A stretch of 64,000 bases of DNA, taken from NCBI GenBank assembly GCA_036172245.1, contig JAYWIR010000021.1, forward strand, positions 2,914,001 through 2,978,000, in the 5' to 3' direction. Positions 33,511 to 47,785 of the stretch are shown here, in pieces (positions within the stretch are counted from its first letter, which is position 1; each line of letters begins with the position of its first letter). Position numbers and translations under genes: made by a program. The notes beneath the pieces are model-generated. The model was not told the DNA's origin. It saw nothing but the letters and a program-made list of their open reading frames with translations, and ran no database searches. Source of the stretch: Raillietiella orientalis (Eukaryota).

Positions 33511-36399
33511 TTTTCATTCTATCTCTCCGGAGTTCCGTTCAGAAATTATATTGGTTATTTTACTTTTGTTTCAAGGGTTGCCATCCACAGCTCTTTCATT
33601 GCTTCAGCTTCCTTCAGACAATGTACCCCTCTACCAACAAAGGCTCTATCCCCTAAAAGAACAAATGAAAGAAATTCAATTTTTCTCAAATGTTGCACTC
33701 ATAGATCTAATCTTCTTGGTGTGCCTCAAGAAGTCTTTCTTCTTCCCTCAGCACTGTTCCGTCTAAGATTCATCTCTCTCGTTCGCTGCTGCGAAGGTTC
33801 ACGTCTTGGCCCTTTGGCTAAGATCAGAGTCTCTACTCTTTGTGAGCACATGTGGAACATGAAAACACCACGTGTCCATAGCGACTCGGTGTCTCAAGTA
33901 CAGACACCGCTCTCCATTCGCATTTCATGGTTCCAAATAGTTCTTTTTGGCCCACTCAAAAGCATCGTTCATCAGCAGATTTTACTAACAGAAATGTCAA
34001 AGCTTGAGCTTCTTGAGCATCTTTTCTGATTCATCTTAAGATTGTTGCAGTGCGGATGATTTACCACCTCCTCGGCGAGCTTCTGGAGCCGAGGAGACAT
34101 GACGATGTCCTCAGCACTGCGTCCCACACGAAAGGGATCTCTGATTAACTCGGATGCACCTCTCGTTTTCTCTTGCACTCAAGGAAAAGTGATGAAAGCA
34201 ATGCCACTGACGTAAAGCAACCAAGTTTCGCCTCCAATCCTATATCAGCGAACTCATCTTAGTTTGAGGGTTCCGAAGATGAAAGAAAGGAGAAAAAAGG
34301 ACCCTCATTTTCGTTTTCTTGTTTTATTTTTTTCCTCCTACTCGCGCTTCCAGCGCTTTCCTGGAAAAAAAAAAAAAAAAAAGATAAGAAACTATGAGAC
34401 TTCTGGAACTCTGTACAAGAAAGCTAAGCAAACAGGAACAAACAAGTTGCACTCTGGCGATCCATGAATGCCAGGTTCCACGAGCAACTTCCCATTAGCA
34501 GCTTCCCCCGATCTCTCTGTGCGAGAGACGCCGTCCCGAGCTTTGGTAGCCGCTAATGAGAAGGCATTCATGCTTTCGGGACCGGCGACCTCGGAGCCTC
34601 CATGGACTCCTTCGAAGCTTCATTTTTCCGGAAGATCAAGGATGATAACGACAGACACGTGCGAGAGGATGCGGTGTGTGTTTCGGTGAGTCTTCATGAT
34701 CCGGGAAAAACCGGACGCAACAGATCTGTGGAGCAGCTCGAACTCCTTCCGAAAGATGCAAGCAGTTAAGAAATACTGAGGTTAAGTAGAAAGATGAGAA
34801 ATTCAAGGAAAAGCTGTATCTCCATTCGAGAGAGTTTGGATGTTCTGACAAGGATGGATGGGTGAATCTTCGATAATCTTTGATGACCGATCTTTGGTAC
34901 AGCTGTTGGGTTGGAGCCAGATGCGGATCACGGTTCCAAAGGAAGTTCTCCAACGCCGTGAAATCAAGGTGGGCAGGTCAAGTAGACTTCCTGCCGACTG
35001 CTCGGGGCTGATCTGAATCGATCGGGACGGACGCTTCGCATCTCAGTCGACGAAAGCTGAATCGCTGGCGACCACCATACAATCTCCATCACTGAGGTAG
35101 CAGATTTACAGAATGCCCACGGGTTAGGAGGTTCGCATACATTCTTGTCCCATAAACAAGCGTGTACGTGATACCAGTGGTCCAGGAGTCGCACGCTCTC
35201 CCAGTTTTTCTCTCTTTACTTTCACACTTCTGGACTGAGCGGAGATTGAATCATCGTGGGGATTCTTGGACTCATAACCTTCAAGCTGATGCAGTCTGTA
35301 GAACGCAGGCATCACACTTTACAGTCGCACCGTCTGCTTCTAAAATGAAATTTCAGAGTTGCTGTTCTCAGTTTGCCATTTTAGGGGATATTCCCCCCCC
35401 CCCCTCCCCCCCAAACACACAATGTATCAGAAGTCTCACAACTTTTCTTGCATTTTAGGATTTCATATGTCTCCAAGTGAGAATGTGATTCTTGTTTCAA
35501 TCTCGGCCTCGTTCTTCTGCCCGAGGATGTCCAACGGTCCGAAAATTCACGAAGATGGAAAGAAATCTTCACGGCACAAACGCGATGGGACGCTGGAAAT
35601 GATTTTTTCGACGACAAAACAAGGAAAGCAAAGAATGCACGAATTGCCACGTCTTAAGGAAATTGTTGCTAAGCAACTTATCAGTGGGAAGGTTAATGCG
35701 ATGAAACCTAACGTTCCAGAAAATGAGCCTTTTCACGACGTATTATGTTTTTTTAAAAAGGATAAAAGAATAGTAGGATATCACCGACTGAACTAATATT
35801 TGACTTGCATGTTTTTGAATTGATTTTTATTGCTGCTGTTAATGTCACGCATTCATCAAAACAAATGTGTTTATGAGGGCTGCTAAGACATCCAATTTAT
35901 TACTTTCTGCTTATGACTTTCTTTCTTTCTTTTTTTTACTCCCCCTTTAGCTCCATTTTTCCCATCTTCACCTGGAAATTATTAACAAATCAATGCATTC
36001 CGAATCCTTATTTTATTATGCCAAGCTCAGAATTCCTTCAGTTACAGCACTGCTAAAAACAAGAATTTCGGCAGGCTGCTGACAGAATTCTTAGAACGGA
36101 GGAATTCGTTTCCGAGAAAATGGTTTCAAAAAAATTCACGGCTTGAGAAAGAGGAAAAACCTAATTGAAGGCAATCAATCTCAGTAAAGTTGCGCATCCT
36201 TAGGGATTATCAACGAAGCAGTCTTACCAGATTTCAGTTCACGTAGTTCCGTGGTGCGGACTTTGCTCTGCTTTCTTTACAATGTGCATATTAATTTGCT
36301 TTTCCACTGTTAATTGCTCAGCTGTTGACTCACACACCTTCGTGTTCAAGGGAAATTTTCACAATTTCTCTGGAACAGCAGCGGGTAAATGGAGATGTA

Positions 36400-36442
36400 A
36401 ATAAGGCATTTCCGGTGTGCCGAACCCCGGAAATGCCTTATT
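36400..36442. repeat. Perfect 16-bp inverted repeat with 11-nt spacer
   Basis: aataaggcatttccgg-tgtgccgaacc-ccggaaatgccttatt. Confidence 0.9.
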
Positions 36443-39400
36443 GGAAACCAAGTTTCCTTATTGAAGCTTCCGTTTAATATCGCCCTTTTCTTGTGAGTTG
36501 GATTTTCACATAAGAATTCCATTGGTATTCTGAATGCAAAGCATGCGAAGTGCTATCCAAGCAGCACATTCAGAGCAAATGCTCAAACCTGATATTCTTA
36601 AACGAATCACTCCAAAGACTCATGTTCCGTTTTTCAATGTTACCGAGCATTTCGGCTTATTTAGCATTCCTTTTTTTTTTTTTTCTTTCCTTCTTTCCTC
36701 TTTTTGCTGAAAGTGGCTTTCGGAGAGTAGACTCGGAATTCATGTTCAGACCCGAAACTTCAAATCTCAATTCGGCTGCGTCGAAATGCGTCAAACGGAT
36801 GGGGAAGCCTGCCGCGTAAAAATAGCTTCCGTTGCCAGGGAGAACCGAAGTCGCAGTTTGCGCGCGCCCATAAAAACTCCAGGGGAATGCGTTTGCGTTT
36901 CATTTATTTATTTATTTTTTTTAAAAAAACAGTCTACGATGGCTTCTGTTTCAGCACACATTGCAAACATTAATTCAAATCTTAATTGAAATTCAGCTTA
37001 ATTTAAATGTAAAGAACTTGGATGTGCGTAGCTTAGGTGATGTTGGCATCCATGCATCATTCCATTCTTTTTGTAAGGTTGTGAACTGCAAGGTAGAATG
37101 TGCAGTGAGGATGCTGCTAATCTTAAATCAAAAGGAGAAACGCAACGTTTCTTCCCCCCTCCCCTCCCCCTTTCCCTTCCCTTCTTTTTTCTTCTTTTTT
37201 TCCTGGAGTAAACGGGGAGCTGACAGCACACAGTGCTACAGAAAATGCCAGGAAATTGCTGTAGCCAATCTCTCTGCGAGAGAAGACAAATCGACCCGAC
37301 CGGAGCTGCAAATGGTAGCGACGATCAAAGAGCTTCTTCGGCCGCGATTAGTGCATGCCCGGAAGACGCTGTTCGCGCGAGCTTCCCTTGCGTGGAGGGC
37401 TTGCGAGCCTAAATGCTTTTGGGACCAGGAGACCGCTTACATGCCTTGATTTCTGGCGAGCCCGGCGGGAGGGCGTCCCGAAGCTCCTCCAGCTCGACTC
37501 CGCTTCTTGGTCGTTTTCAGGTGACGATTCTTTCTCTTCCCTTTCGAATGCTCCGCCTGAGGACCGGAAGGCTTGCCACAGCCGTCCCTGTACCGCGTTG
37601 TAAGGTCGCAGACAAGGAGAAGAGTGCGCCGTCGGGACTGTCACGTTGCTCCTGGTGATCTCTTCCGATGGCTGGCGAGTGAAACCGGGATCCTCGGGAG
37701 GAAGGCAGCTGCGAGAGAGGATTCTAGCCTCAGAGTGAGTCGTCGCTTCAAGACCGTTGTGACGAACGAAAGATTGAAATCCTTCGTCCTTCCTTTCGGC
37801 TGAGGTCTTCGAGCAGCAGATGCTGCTCTTTGAGGTAGCCTTTTCCCTCGATCTTTTCAGCATCTTCTTCCTGCAATCTTCCCGCTTCCTCATTTTCGGT
37901 GGAGTTAGAGGTGCGGAGATGGGAGGAGAAATAATGAGGTCCCGCGTTTCTCTTCCATGTCTTCTCCTGGGTACCGCTGCAGGGACCTCGGACCAGCGAG
38001 AAAGATGGGAGTAGACGAGAACTTTCCTTTGCCTCTTTCCCATGTACCCAACTTTCTCGACTTCCTCTTGGAGTTTCTCTTCGGAAAACCGGTGGTCCGC
38101 GTTCCCGGATCGTCCAGGGGTAGAGAGTGCGTGGGACTCCTCAGCGACTCAGCAACGGATACGCCCCGGGCGATCGGATCGCCACGGGCAGGCAGCAGTG
38201 CGTTCGATGCCTCCGGGCAGAGCCACTGGAGGACGTCGAGCGTTGCAAACGCGCCAGGCAAATGCGCCTCCGGGAAATCCTCCACAAAGTCGTGCCTTGG
38301 CGCGAGGGACGGGAGGAAAGGAGAGAAGGGGAGAGGAGAGCTCCCAGATGTCCACCGACAGACGGTTCCTGGCGATCGGATACTGCTTTTTCTGGGAATT
38401 CACTCTCCTTCCTCCGCAGCCACCACTTTCTTCTGACCCACTGGCCAGGCTTCCAGCGAGCACCCGCCGGGTACTCGCGCTCGTTGCCCCGGGAGACTGG
38501 ATGCTGGATCGAAGGAACTCCGAAAGGAAGGAAGGCAGAGGGGTGCTGCGTTTCGTACATCGGATGCAGGATTTCCTTTTCCTTCCTTTCCTTTCCCCTC
38601 GCTCCTCTCTCCCTTCCTTCCTCCCTTCACATGAGGATCGCAGCGTTCCTGGACCAACCTCCTGTCTTTCTCCCCTCCTCCTCTCCAGCTCCAGAAGAGT
38701 CGAACGACGCCGAGAACGAAGACGCCTCCGCCCTCCTGCTTCTATCCTTTCCGCTTCATTTCGGCATTTTCCCCTACCCCCTTCCCCCACCCCTCTCCCT
38801 TCCCCCATCTCAGCCGAGGATTCGATTTCACGCTGTCTGGCTATCGCCCCTCCAAGAGCCTCCCGGAGGGAAGCTGGGAAGAAGGGAAGTCCAGCGGGCA
38901 CGCGATGGACGAGGGTCTGCGGAGAGGATACGCCTTCGGAAAGACCCCTTCTAAGTAGAAGCTTCTTCAGCGATCCGCGGGATCGGGAATTTTCCGCCCC
39001 GGCACCCGACCGCCAACCTCTTTTCTCCTCCGGGAGGGAACAGGAGAGAACCTCTCTCCCCTTTTGGCAAGGACGGGGGCGCGAGAAGGAGGTCAAAGGC
39101 GAAAAAGCAGCCTTCCGCGGATCCTTTTTCCTAAGGACCCTTTGGAGAAACTCCTGGAGCGGTTTTTCCTTGCGACCCCATCCCCCGGGGGAGGAGTGGG
39201 ACTCTGGGAATCGCTCGACTCGACGTGACGTGCGTAGTCGGAGGGGGATGGACAAGTCACGAGAGTGTGCGAGGAAGCGCTTCCAGAAACCGACGCAGCT
39301 CTGCCGGCCTGTTAGGCCTGGCAGAGCTGACCCTTATTTTTTCCTCTCCCTAAGCCAGTTCCTCCGGGGGATGTGCCGTTCGGGCTTCCTGTTGGCCTCT

Positions 39401-42019
39401 CCCGGCTATCCCGCAGACCACCACCACCCCTCTCTCAGATTCTTGTGCGTTTCCATGAAGTCCCCTGACCCCACCCACTCCTCACCCCTCAAGTAGTCGA
39501 GACGGAGGAGGAAGCGGAGGATGCTGCTCGCGGCTGAAGGAGCCGCATCACCCTCCTCCTGGAGCCAAAATGAGCCCCGCGCAGCCACCTTTCCCAGGGG
39601 AGAGGAGCCTGTCCTTCCTTCCGCAGCCTTCGTGGAAGCCGGAAAAGGGGACTCTCTCTCAGGGAGCGGCGGCATCCTCCCCGAGGTCGTCCCTTTTCCT
39701 GACGACATGGGGCTTCCCTCCTTCCCCTCCTCCCTCGTCTCGCTCACCACCACCGTCTCCAGCCCCCGCGCAGGTTCGCTCAGTTGCAGCTTCCGCACGA
39801 GGAGGAGGGAGGAGAAGCATCTGGGAAGCTGGGTCGTCTTCCTTTCTTCGAGTAATCTTTTTCTTCGGATTTCTTCTTCTGTCCTCTGGATCCCGAGGTT
39901 CTCCTCCATCCCCTCCACATCTCCTGCTCACCGATCCTCACGAACGTTCATGCCCTCAGGAGCGGGAGGAGGTGTCAAAGACGCGCAGGTCTTCTCCGTC
40001 CTCGTGCAACGAGTCTCCATGTGGATCTCTGGACCTTCTCCTCCTCTTCCCTCTTCCTCCTCTGCCTCCGCTGCAATCTCATCTTCTCCCCCCGCCCTCC
40101 ATTCCTTCCGTCACCCTGCTACCCACTTCCTTCCCCTCTTCTTCCCTGGTCTCGTCCTTGCCACCTTTCTCTTCCTAGATTAATTTCAGTGTCCTCGCTC
40201 CTCCAGGCACTGTCCTCGCGCTCTCCCTCTTGTCCCTCGCGCCGTTCCTCAGTTGCTGAGCCATCTGTCGCCCTCCCTCCCCAGTGTCGGCGCTCTCTCC
40301 CTCGAGCTTGGCTGCGGCGACGGAAGCACTGCCGATGCACCCCCTCGCGCGTTCATTCCTACAGAGAGGGAGAGGGTCTGGACCAGCACCTCTTGCCTAA
40401 GATCGAATCCTCGAATCCTCCAGCTGGTGTTGAGGTGGTAACGTGCACTTCTGTGAGAATCAGTTGGTTGGGGGTCTCCTTCCCTACCGATGGGAGCCGT
40501 CTCCCACAGTCAGGAAGAATGCAAAGGCAGGAGAGGGAGCGCCTGGCAAGGGAGGGCTGCAGCCGCGAGCCCTCATCCGGAAGGGATTCTGTCTTTCTCT
40601 CCGGCAGACGTTCTCCCGCGTCTCCCTCAGGCGACCTGGGAGACGAGCGTCCTTTCAGCCTCCCTCCCCTCTTCCTGGGAGTTTCTCCCTCCATGGTCTC
40701 CCCCGTGTCCTTCCACTCTAGCGAACTGGACAGCTGCTGCTGCCTCCCCCACCCACCCCACCCGGGAGGAACGATGCCCTCCCTCTCTCGTGGAGTGGAA
40801 TCTTTCGCATGAGAAGTAAGAAAGCGTCTTCCTGTTTCTCCTCACCAGGGGAGGCGGGGACGCCCACACGTGGAAGGTCAAGGGATGCAGGAGAAGCGGT
40901 GGTGGAGAGAGAGAAAGGGAGAAGCGACAGGGAAGAGCCCGGTTGCAGAAAGAGCACAGCGGGCGCTGCCAAGGGGAGTGGAATGGCCACCCTCATCCCC
41001 GCTACCGCTTCTTTGTGTCTGAAGGAAGGGAGGAAGGAGAGGTTCCCTCTCGGGTGCGATTCAGGATGGAGAAGGCGAAGGAGGGGAGACCCTTCCTCCT
41101 CTCCGTCCACTCCCCTCCTTCCAATTCCCTGCTTCTCGTCGGCCGCCTTCACCCCGCCACCCTGACCCTTTCCAAGGGGCCGCCACCGTGCCTGCCAAAC
41201 CTCAGGCCCTTGTCCGGAAACAAACGGCTCCAGGTCCAACGCTACTCCCTGTATCCACCCCATTTCCCCTTCTTCTTCTCCCCCCCCTCCTCTCCCCACG
41301 CAAAATTGCGAGAGTCATCAGAAAGCGTCCAGACAAATAGGGATGTGCGCTGCGCGCAAAACACGCCCATTAGTTCTGGAGGAGGAGGGGAGAGAGGACG
41401 GGGGGAGGAAGAGGAAGAAGTGGGATCCTCCCATTAGGGTCGCGGATGGCGTCTTCCGGAAAAGGGGAGCCGCAAGACTTATGATCGTGCTCACGCCGCC
41501 TCTGCTCCCAAAGAGGTAGGAGCCGCTTTCCGGATCCTCTAATACTACATTCCCCTTTCGGAACGGGAAAGGGATCGCTCCCGGTGCCCGAGGCAGCACG
41601 AGGAGAGCAAACTCCCGGTCATCCCACTGATTCGGTCTTCCGCCGGTCTCGCTGCTCTTTCTCACGCGGAAGGGCAGCTGATGCGCATGCGTCCGACCGG
41701 CAGTCCGTACGCCGCCGCTCCCTGCGGATCCATTGCTCCCTCTTCCTGCTTACTCCCACCGCCCTTCTTTTCCCGTCCCCACGCTCCCGTGTGGCCGCTC
41801 TCCCGGCTTGTGTGCGTTCTGCGCTTTCGAGACGCGCGCGCTCTTTGCTCGCTGTGCGGGACGCGGGAGAAGTTTCCGGGCTGCCGCAATCCTCGTGCGT
41901 TTCCGATCTGGAAATGCACAAGGGGACGAATGGACGCACGGGAAGACCCGGTGCCTGAACCTCAGGCGCGAAATATTCTCGTCCACTCGGAGGATCGCTG
42001 CCGATTCTCAGCATGTTCC

Positions 42020-42600
42020 GCCCCTCGGCTGAAGCTTCGACTCCGGAGAGCATCTCGACTTTGGCGAGTCCCTGTGGATCTCCATCCGGATCTGACCTTG
42101 GAGGTCGCGCCTTCCTCAGGGGCTCCCTCAGAGACCTCCCGAGAGAGGGACGAAGAACTTTAGGTACTTGCCAGACACCCGACCACTAGCAAGTCCTTCC
42201 TCCTCTCCGCTGCCCCTCCTCTTCGCCAAGAGGATGCAAATCTCCACGGGGCCCTCTCGAAGTGCGAGAGAGAACCTTCTCAGCGTATGCCCTGCTTTTG
42301 CTCCGCAAACCTTCGGGCGCCTCTGGTGGGATTTTTCCCTCACCAACTGACAGGACGCCAGTCCAGTGGAGCAAGACTGGCAGGTGCTGCTCGTCCCAGC
42401 CGGGCGGACGAGAAAGCAGAGATCTTGGCATGCGGCTGCTCAGGAGACGTGGATCGTCCCCCTACCAACGGCAACAAATCTTCAAGAACTGCCAGGGTCC
42501 CCTACGGAGACGCCGAGCTCTAGACAGTGGACACTTTCCTGCGGCTACTCTCTGTGCAGCGGTCTCACCCTGCTCTTACCGAATACACGGACTGGCCTCT
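42020..42600 (+). mobile_element. Decayed CR1/L2-like reverse-transcriptase fragment
   Basis: Relics occur in order: SFDSGEH (cf. KAFDxVxH), SSG/LPQ (cf. GVPQG), LLFAKRMQI (cf. LFADD), RDLGM..QIFKN..L.RR and TFLRL..HP..EY. Confidence 0.45.
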
Positions 42601-43884
42601 CTGTAGGTACGGTGCTGCTGCTGCTATTCTTTACTCTCCTGATGGATTCTTGGTGAGTGTGTTTCGAACACCATGGGAATACTGTGCCGCATCATATGTG
42701 CGAAAGCTCCTCTCCTTCACCCCTTTTTCCCTTCCACCCTCTATTAGGAAAACGCTTTTCCCGGAACTCACCTAACTGGAGTTGGTGCGCATGCGTGCCC
42801 CGAGGACTGCTCCAGTGGCTGTTACGGCCTTGGTCGAAAACCTGCCCTTGCCTCTCGCTGTGATCCAAGTCATCGACATTTCGTAAGCAAAGGCCTGGTA
42901 AGAGGTGGGACCTGGGCAGCCGCGAGACTTTCTTAGTGAGCTCCTGCCGACGGAGCTGACTCGATCTCCGTCTTTTCGTACCAGAAGGGTTTCTGGCAGC
43001 GAACCACTGCAGAGAAGGAAGAATTCGATGGCCAGTGTCAGTGCCTTCTTCCTTTGAGATTGCTCTCGCACGCGCTGAAGAGAGACCAACGCATAAGAAG
43101 CACCGATCAGAAGAGACCGTACGGAGATCTTTGCTAAGATGTAAATTGGAGGTGTCACGCGGAGAGTACCCGGAAATAAGACGGTAGGACGGTAGCCAGA
43201 GAGACTCCGCATGAGAGGCTTCAGCGTCTTCCTTCCGGAGAGCCAGGAGAGTTCCGTTTCGAAATCTTGGCGGCGCGAGGATCCCGAAGACACCACTGAG
43301 GGGCTCTCCCGATTCGATGCCACAGCAAGCACAGCATCAGGGGAAGTGTCACATGGTTTCGTGAGGAGACGGAGAGGAGGAAGGGCTGCTGAGTCATTGT
43401 CCTTCCGCTTTGTCCATCCCTTTGGATTCAGGGTCCACGAGCAGCCTAGAAGTGCCGTTCACGAAACCGTCTACCCCCCTCACACGTTGCCCGTCTCGCC
43501 AGATCAGTTTTTCAGCCTCGAGCTCATGAAAAGGGAGGAGAGGCGAAAATGCTGGAATTACTGGGAGCTTGGACTGCTAAGGCTGAGGCGGCCGTCCTCA
43601 CAGGGACCACCTCTTCGCGCGGACGGTGATGCCGGCAGCGTGGAAAGCGGAAGGACAGGGCAACGAGAGATTGACTCGGCTCTCTTTGATGAGACCATTC
43701 ATCTGTTGCTTGAGGTTCCCCTCAGCTCCTGCCAGAATGTTGTCCTCCCCCCCTTCCCGGCAGCTTCCAGACTACACGGGTGATCTGAGGACCTCAATAA
43801 GGCTCGATGAGAAGGGAATACCAGAGTGGTCCTTTCTTTCGGTTCGCTGAGTGCTGAAGAACCGTTCGCCTCCTTAGAAAGGGT

Positions 43885-44553
43885 TGACTTTTTGAGTTAG
43901 GGGGTAATCCGGGGGAGAACATCTTATGAATTCAGGATGGCTCCGGAGGAAGGAGTCCGTTCCTCTCACGCTTGGTAGGAGAACCCCGAAGGGAGCCTTT
44001 TCCTTGTTCTCTCCGGAGAGATCGCCTAGAGGGGGCTACTCCTCGTTTATTCCCCGAAGGGAACCCGGAAGGAATCCGCTCCTCAATTTCTCTTCCGGAA
44101 GGAACTTGCAAGGAAACCGCTCCTTGTTTTCTCCTCTGAAGAGAACCCGTAGTGACGTCCCAATTTTCTCTGAAGGTTCACTCCTCGAAGAGAGCAGCGC
44201 ACTTCTCGACATTCTGGAGAGGCATCAATCCACCATCTCCATGGTACGAGATAAAGGTCCCCTCCCCCCGAGGGAAGGGAGGAGGACCATAGTGGAGCTC
44301 CGAAGGGCTCTTTGATACCTGGATGGAACCACGGAGGCATCCCGATCTTGGCAAGTCAACGAGAGCATCCGGTTTCCGACTTCGGCCATTGCCACCTCCG
44401 AAGCCTACCGAGACCAACCCTCTTCATCCTGAGGGGAGACTCGAAACCCATGACGCACCCTCTGTGCCAGGCGTCGACCCTTTAAGGGGGGATTCGTCGG
44501 GGGTTTGGTACCACACGCAGAGGCCGTAGCCACACGGCTCGCCAACCCGAGCC
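43885..44553 (-). mobile_element. Structured tRNA-derived SINE-like repeat, copy D (diverged)
   Basis: The reverse complement has the head gccgtgtggctacggcctctgcgtgtggtacc, the body motif gttctcttcagaggagaa and the 3' block ccaagcgtgagaggaacggactcc..ctgaattcata. Confidence 0.7.
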
Positions 44554-47086
44554 AGAGTGGTTCTTCGGACGTAAAAGAAAGAGAACTTCTTTTGGAAATG
44601 TAGGCTTGGCATAGTTTTCAACACTCTTCAAAAATTTTCTTTTCGAAAGCATGGCGCAGTGACTCCGCTTTTTCTTTTTCTTTACTCTCTGCACTCCCTT
44701 CAGCACGAATGGATTCGGAGTTGAGGACTTTAGCTCTTCATGAGAGCAGCATGCAAGTTGGCTGCTTACTCGTGTACCAAGGAAGACTGGAAGATCTGTG
44801 TGAATGCAGTCTCCAATCAGCAATAGAAGTGATTCCTGATCCCCTCACCCACAGTTAGGTGAGATCTTGCAAGAATCATGACGAGGATCGAAGACCTCGC
44901 ACTGGCAGGAACAGGGCACCTCAGGAAGTCCTTTCCAACACGAAAGAAGCAGAAAGATGTTCGCAAAAACACATCCACCTCCTTCATCTTTGGAGCGTAT
45001 GCCTTCAAAGATGGGAATAGCTGCGTTTAGGGAATGAAATTGGTCGTTTTCCTCTCGACGGAGGAAAATTCTGGTTATGTGAAGTTCTCTTCACTTGGGT
45101 CCTTAATAGCTGTTCGGAATGGCTGTCGACATCACACCTTTGTAGAGTCATTCCTTCCAGGATTTCCTCCGCATAAAAACAGATATCTTTAGGCACAAGC
45201 TGCTAGATTTAATCTTTCTCTTAGAGGTAACGCACACCACCTAAACGTAAAATGCACACTGTGTTGTCAGGGATTGCGATTTTTGTAATTTATCTTTCCA
45301 AATATCCACAGCGCCGCAGGAGTGGATGATGACGCATGTTGACGACAGAGCACATTCCTCATCCCTCACCTGTTGCCAAGCTGGTCGCAGCGGGACGTTG
45401 ATTCAAAGTAAATAAACGTACAATCACGTGCCTTAGAGACACGGCTCGGCGAACGCGGACATACAGGTCGGTGGACAAGAAGACGCCCTCTGTAATGAGA
45501 GGTTTAGGGGGCAGGGGAAAAATAATAACCAATAAATACAAACAAGATATGAGGAAACACCGGACGCAACCCTCCCCTCCCACCCACCCCCTTTCCCCCG
45601 TTTCCTCCCTGTCTGTGAACGGACGGGCCAGCTGGATAATGAGAGGACACCGAGGTCAAGAACAAGCCACACTACTATGTCGTCGATGTAACCAACTTCT
45701 TATCGACTTCTTTCTTCTTTATGCTGACGTATCGATCACGACAGTCGTTCACCGTCTCGAGACATGCACGTGTACCAGAGTCCTTGTCTTCGACACAGAA
45801 ACGCGGGGGACATCATCCCTCCTGCGACAGAGAGAGACACTGCAGCGAAAAGGTAGCGATGCATTGCTGTTTAAAATCCGTTCGTTGCAGTCTTTTGCGC
45901 ACCGCGACCTCTTTTTCTAATCCCGTTCTCAGGGGTCTCCATCTCCGAACGGAGGACACGAGATTGTCGATGTGATGAATTTCGAACCAGCTTCCTCCAC
46001 TCAGAAAATGCCGGAAACAGAAGAATAAGAAGGGGGGTAGAGAGAAAAACATCCACAGAGGCTGAAACGGCCGTTTCCAAACAAAGGTTTGAAAGAAAGT
46101 TGCATATTTCGGGGGATTTCGAATGCCGGCTGCCAGCATCCAGGATCACACCCACTTGGTAAATGGCCTCTCCCGCCACGCGAGCTTCCAGCCTACCTGT
46201 TTCCAGGAACGCTTCGCAGGCAGAAGCAGTGCGTGTACAGTATTGCAGGAAAACCGGAAACAGTTATCTTTTCAAGAAAAACTGACTCGGATAAGAGGGT
46301 GCCGTCAGCTTGGCGGCGAGTCCTGGAAACGCTAATGCTAATGTGTATTTCCAATGGGATTGCAGATTTTCGATGGATCTTTCAGCACTAGAATATCGAT
46401 TTTGAACATAATGCTGGTTCTTATCTATAAGAGTGATTCGTTTCCGTTGAGAAAGAGACGACCTGACAGCGAATCGGCTCCTGTGAGTTGGCTGGATTAC
46501 GTAAACTCGTTAAGAAGGAGGAATAGAACTTGACAAAGACACCTTTTTCCACCAAAGAGAGTCTTACGAGGGGGGAACACTGATATTTAGGGATGAAGAT
46601 GGAGGAACTAGGGATGATTTAAGACATCTAAGGAAGGAACTCAGCATCCAGTGTTCCATCCAAGTCAGTGGAATGAAATTCCAATTCTTCTGCGAAGTCC
46701 TTCTTCGAAAATTGTGATGAAAGGAAAGGCTTAGCTTCACCAATACATGCAGTCATCAGCAGCAGAGCGGGACTTTTGCTACCAGTTGGATGCTGTTGGG
46801 ATTCGTTCAAGCCTTTTAATTTGGTCAACACCTAAATTGAAATTACAAGAACGAAATGCTTTAGTTCCGTGCATAACGTCCTTGTTGGCAGAATCTCATT
46901 TATAAGGAAAGTATCAGCACGGATAGATACTTTGTTTCCCGCTATCTTCATCCGTTGAAGACAAAGCGCACGCAATGACCAACTGAAGGGGAATACCACG
47001 AAAGAAATAATTTCCTCTCTAAGCATGACGAAGTGGAAAGTTTTGTTTTATCAGGGCATTCTCAAGAGTCTGCTTTCCCGGACTTT

Positions 47087-47785
47087 GCCCGCTTTGTGGT
47101 TAAGGCATCCGCGCGTGGCACCATGCGCGGGTTCGAATACTTCGGCAGAAACTGACGCCACTGCGCCGTTGGGTTCCGAGTTTCTCCTGCAATGGCGCTG
47201 GGTGGCCGAGACATTCGGGCGTGGCACCGGTGGTGGATAAAGCCGGAGACCCCCGATGGAGGTCGGAACAATGGCAGTCGACCTTCGGGTCCTTCCGGGA
47301 ATAAAGGAGTGGGGAGTTCTCCCTCCGGTCGTACAAAGGAGAGCGGACCTCCCTCACCGGGGGATCCCGCCGGTTTCAAGATGGAGCAGGAGCCATCAAG
47401 GGCACCTCTCCAGTTGTTCAAAGGAGCGGACCCCCCTGTTGCGGGGGGACCCTTGGAGTCGCTGCCTCTTCACTAGAGTGCACAAGGAAACAAGCGAGAG
47501 CGATCCAATGCGGGAAGCTGCAGCACCCCTTCTGAGTTTCGGAAGCGTCCCTTCGGTGTTCTCTTCAGAGGAGCGAACAGGAGCGGTTCCGTTGCGGGTT
47601 CCCTCCGGAAAAGTTGAAATGGAGAGGACAGCCCCTCCCCATTAGGGGGGGGAGGTGTTTCTCTGGAGAGAATGAGGAAGGAGATTCACTTCGGGGTTCC
47701 CCTTTGGAGACAACCAGGGTGGGAGGTGCGATCCCCCTATCCGGGGAGATCCCTCCCCAAGCGTGAGAGGAACGACGGACTCCGA
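47087..47785 (+). mobile_element. Structured tRNA-derived SINE-like repeat, copy E (lacks tail)
   Basis: It has tgtggttaaggc and gggttcgaatac boxes. The body is collinear and near-identical to copy B up to ccaagcgtgagaggaac. Confidence 0.85.

Noticed and set aside
33790..33900. Ankyrin-like words on the minus strand (SRYGH..ILAKGQDVN)
   Set aside because: It needs frameshifts, is a single short match and is surrounded by stops.
38042..39496. 484-aa ORF (and the overlapping 368-aa and 275-aa ORFs) as a gene
   Set aside because: These are low-complexity S/P/R-rich translations, open on both strands because of base composition, with no domain or splice pattern.
42772..43332. Second RT relic on the minus strand (LSGYRPTVL)
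   Set aside because: Only one or two loose motifs are present, and downstream RT motifs were not recovered.
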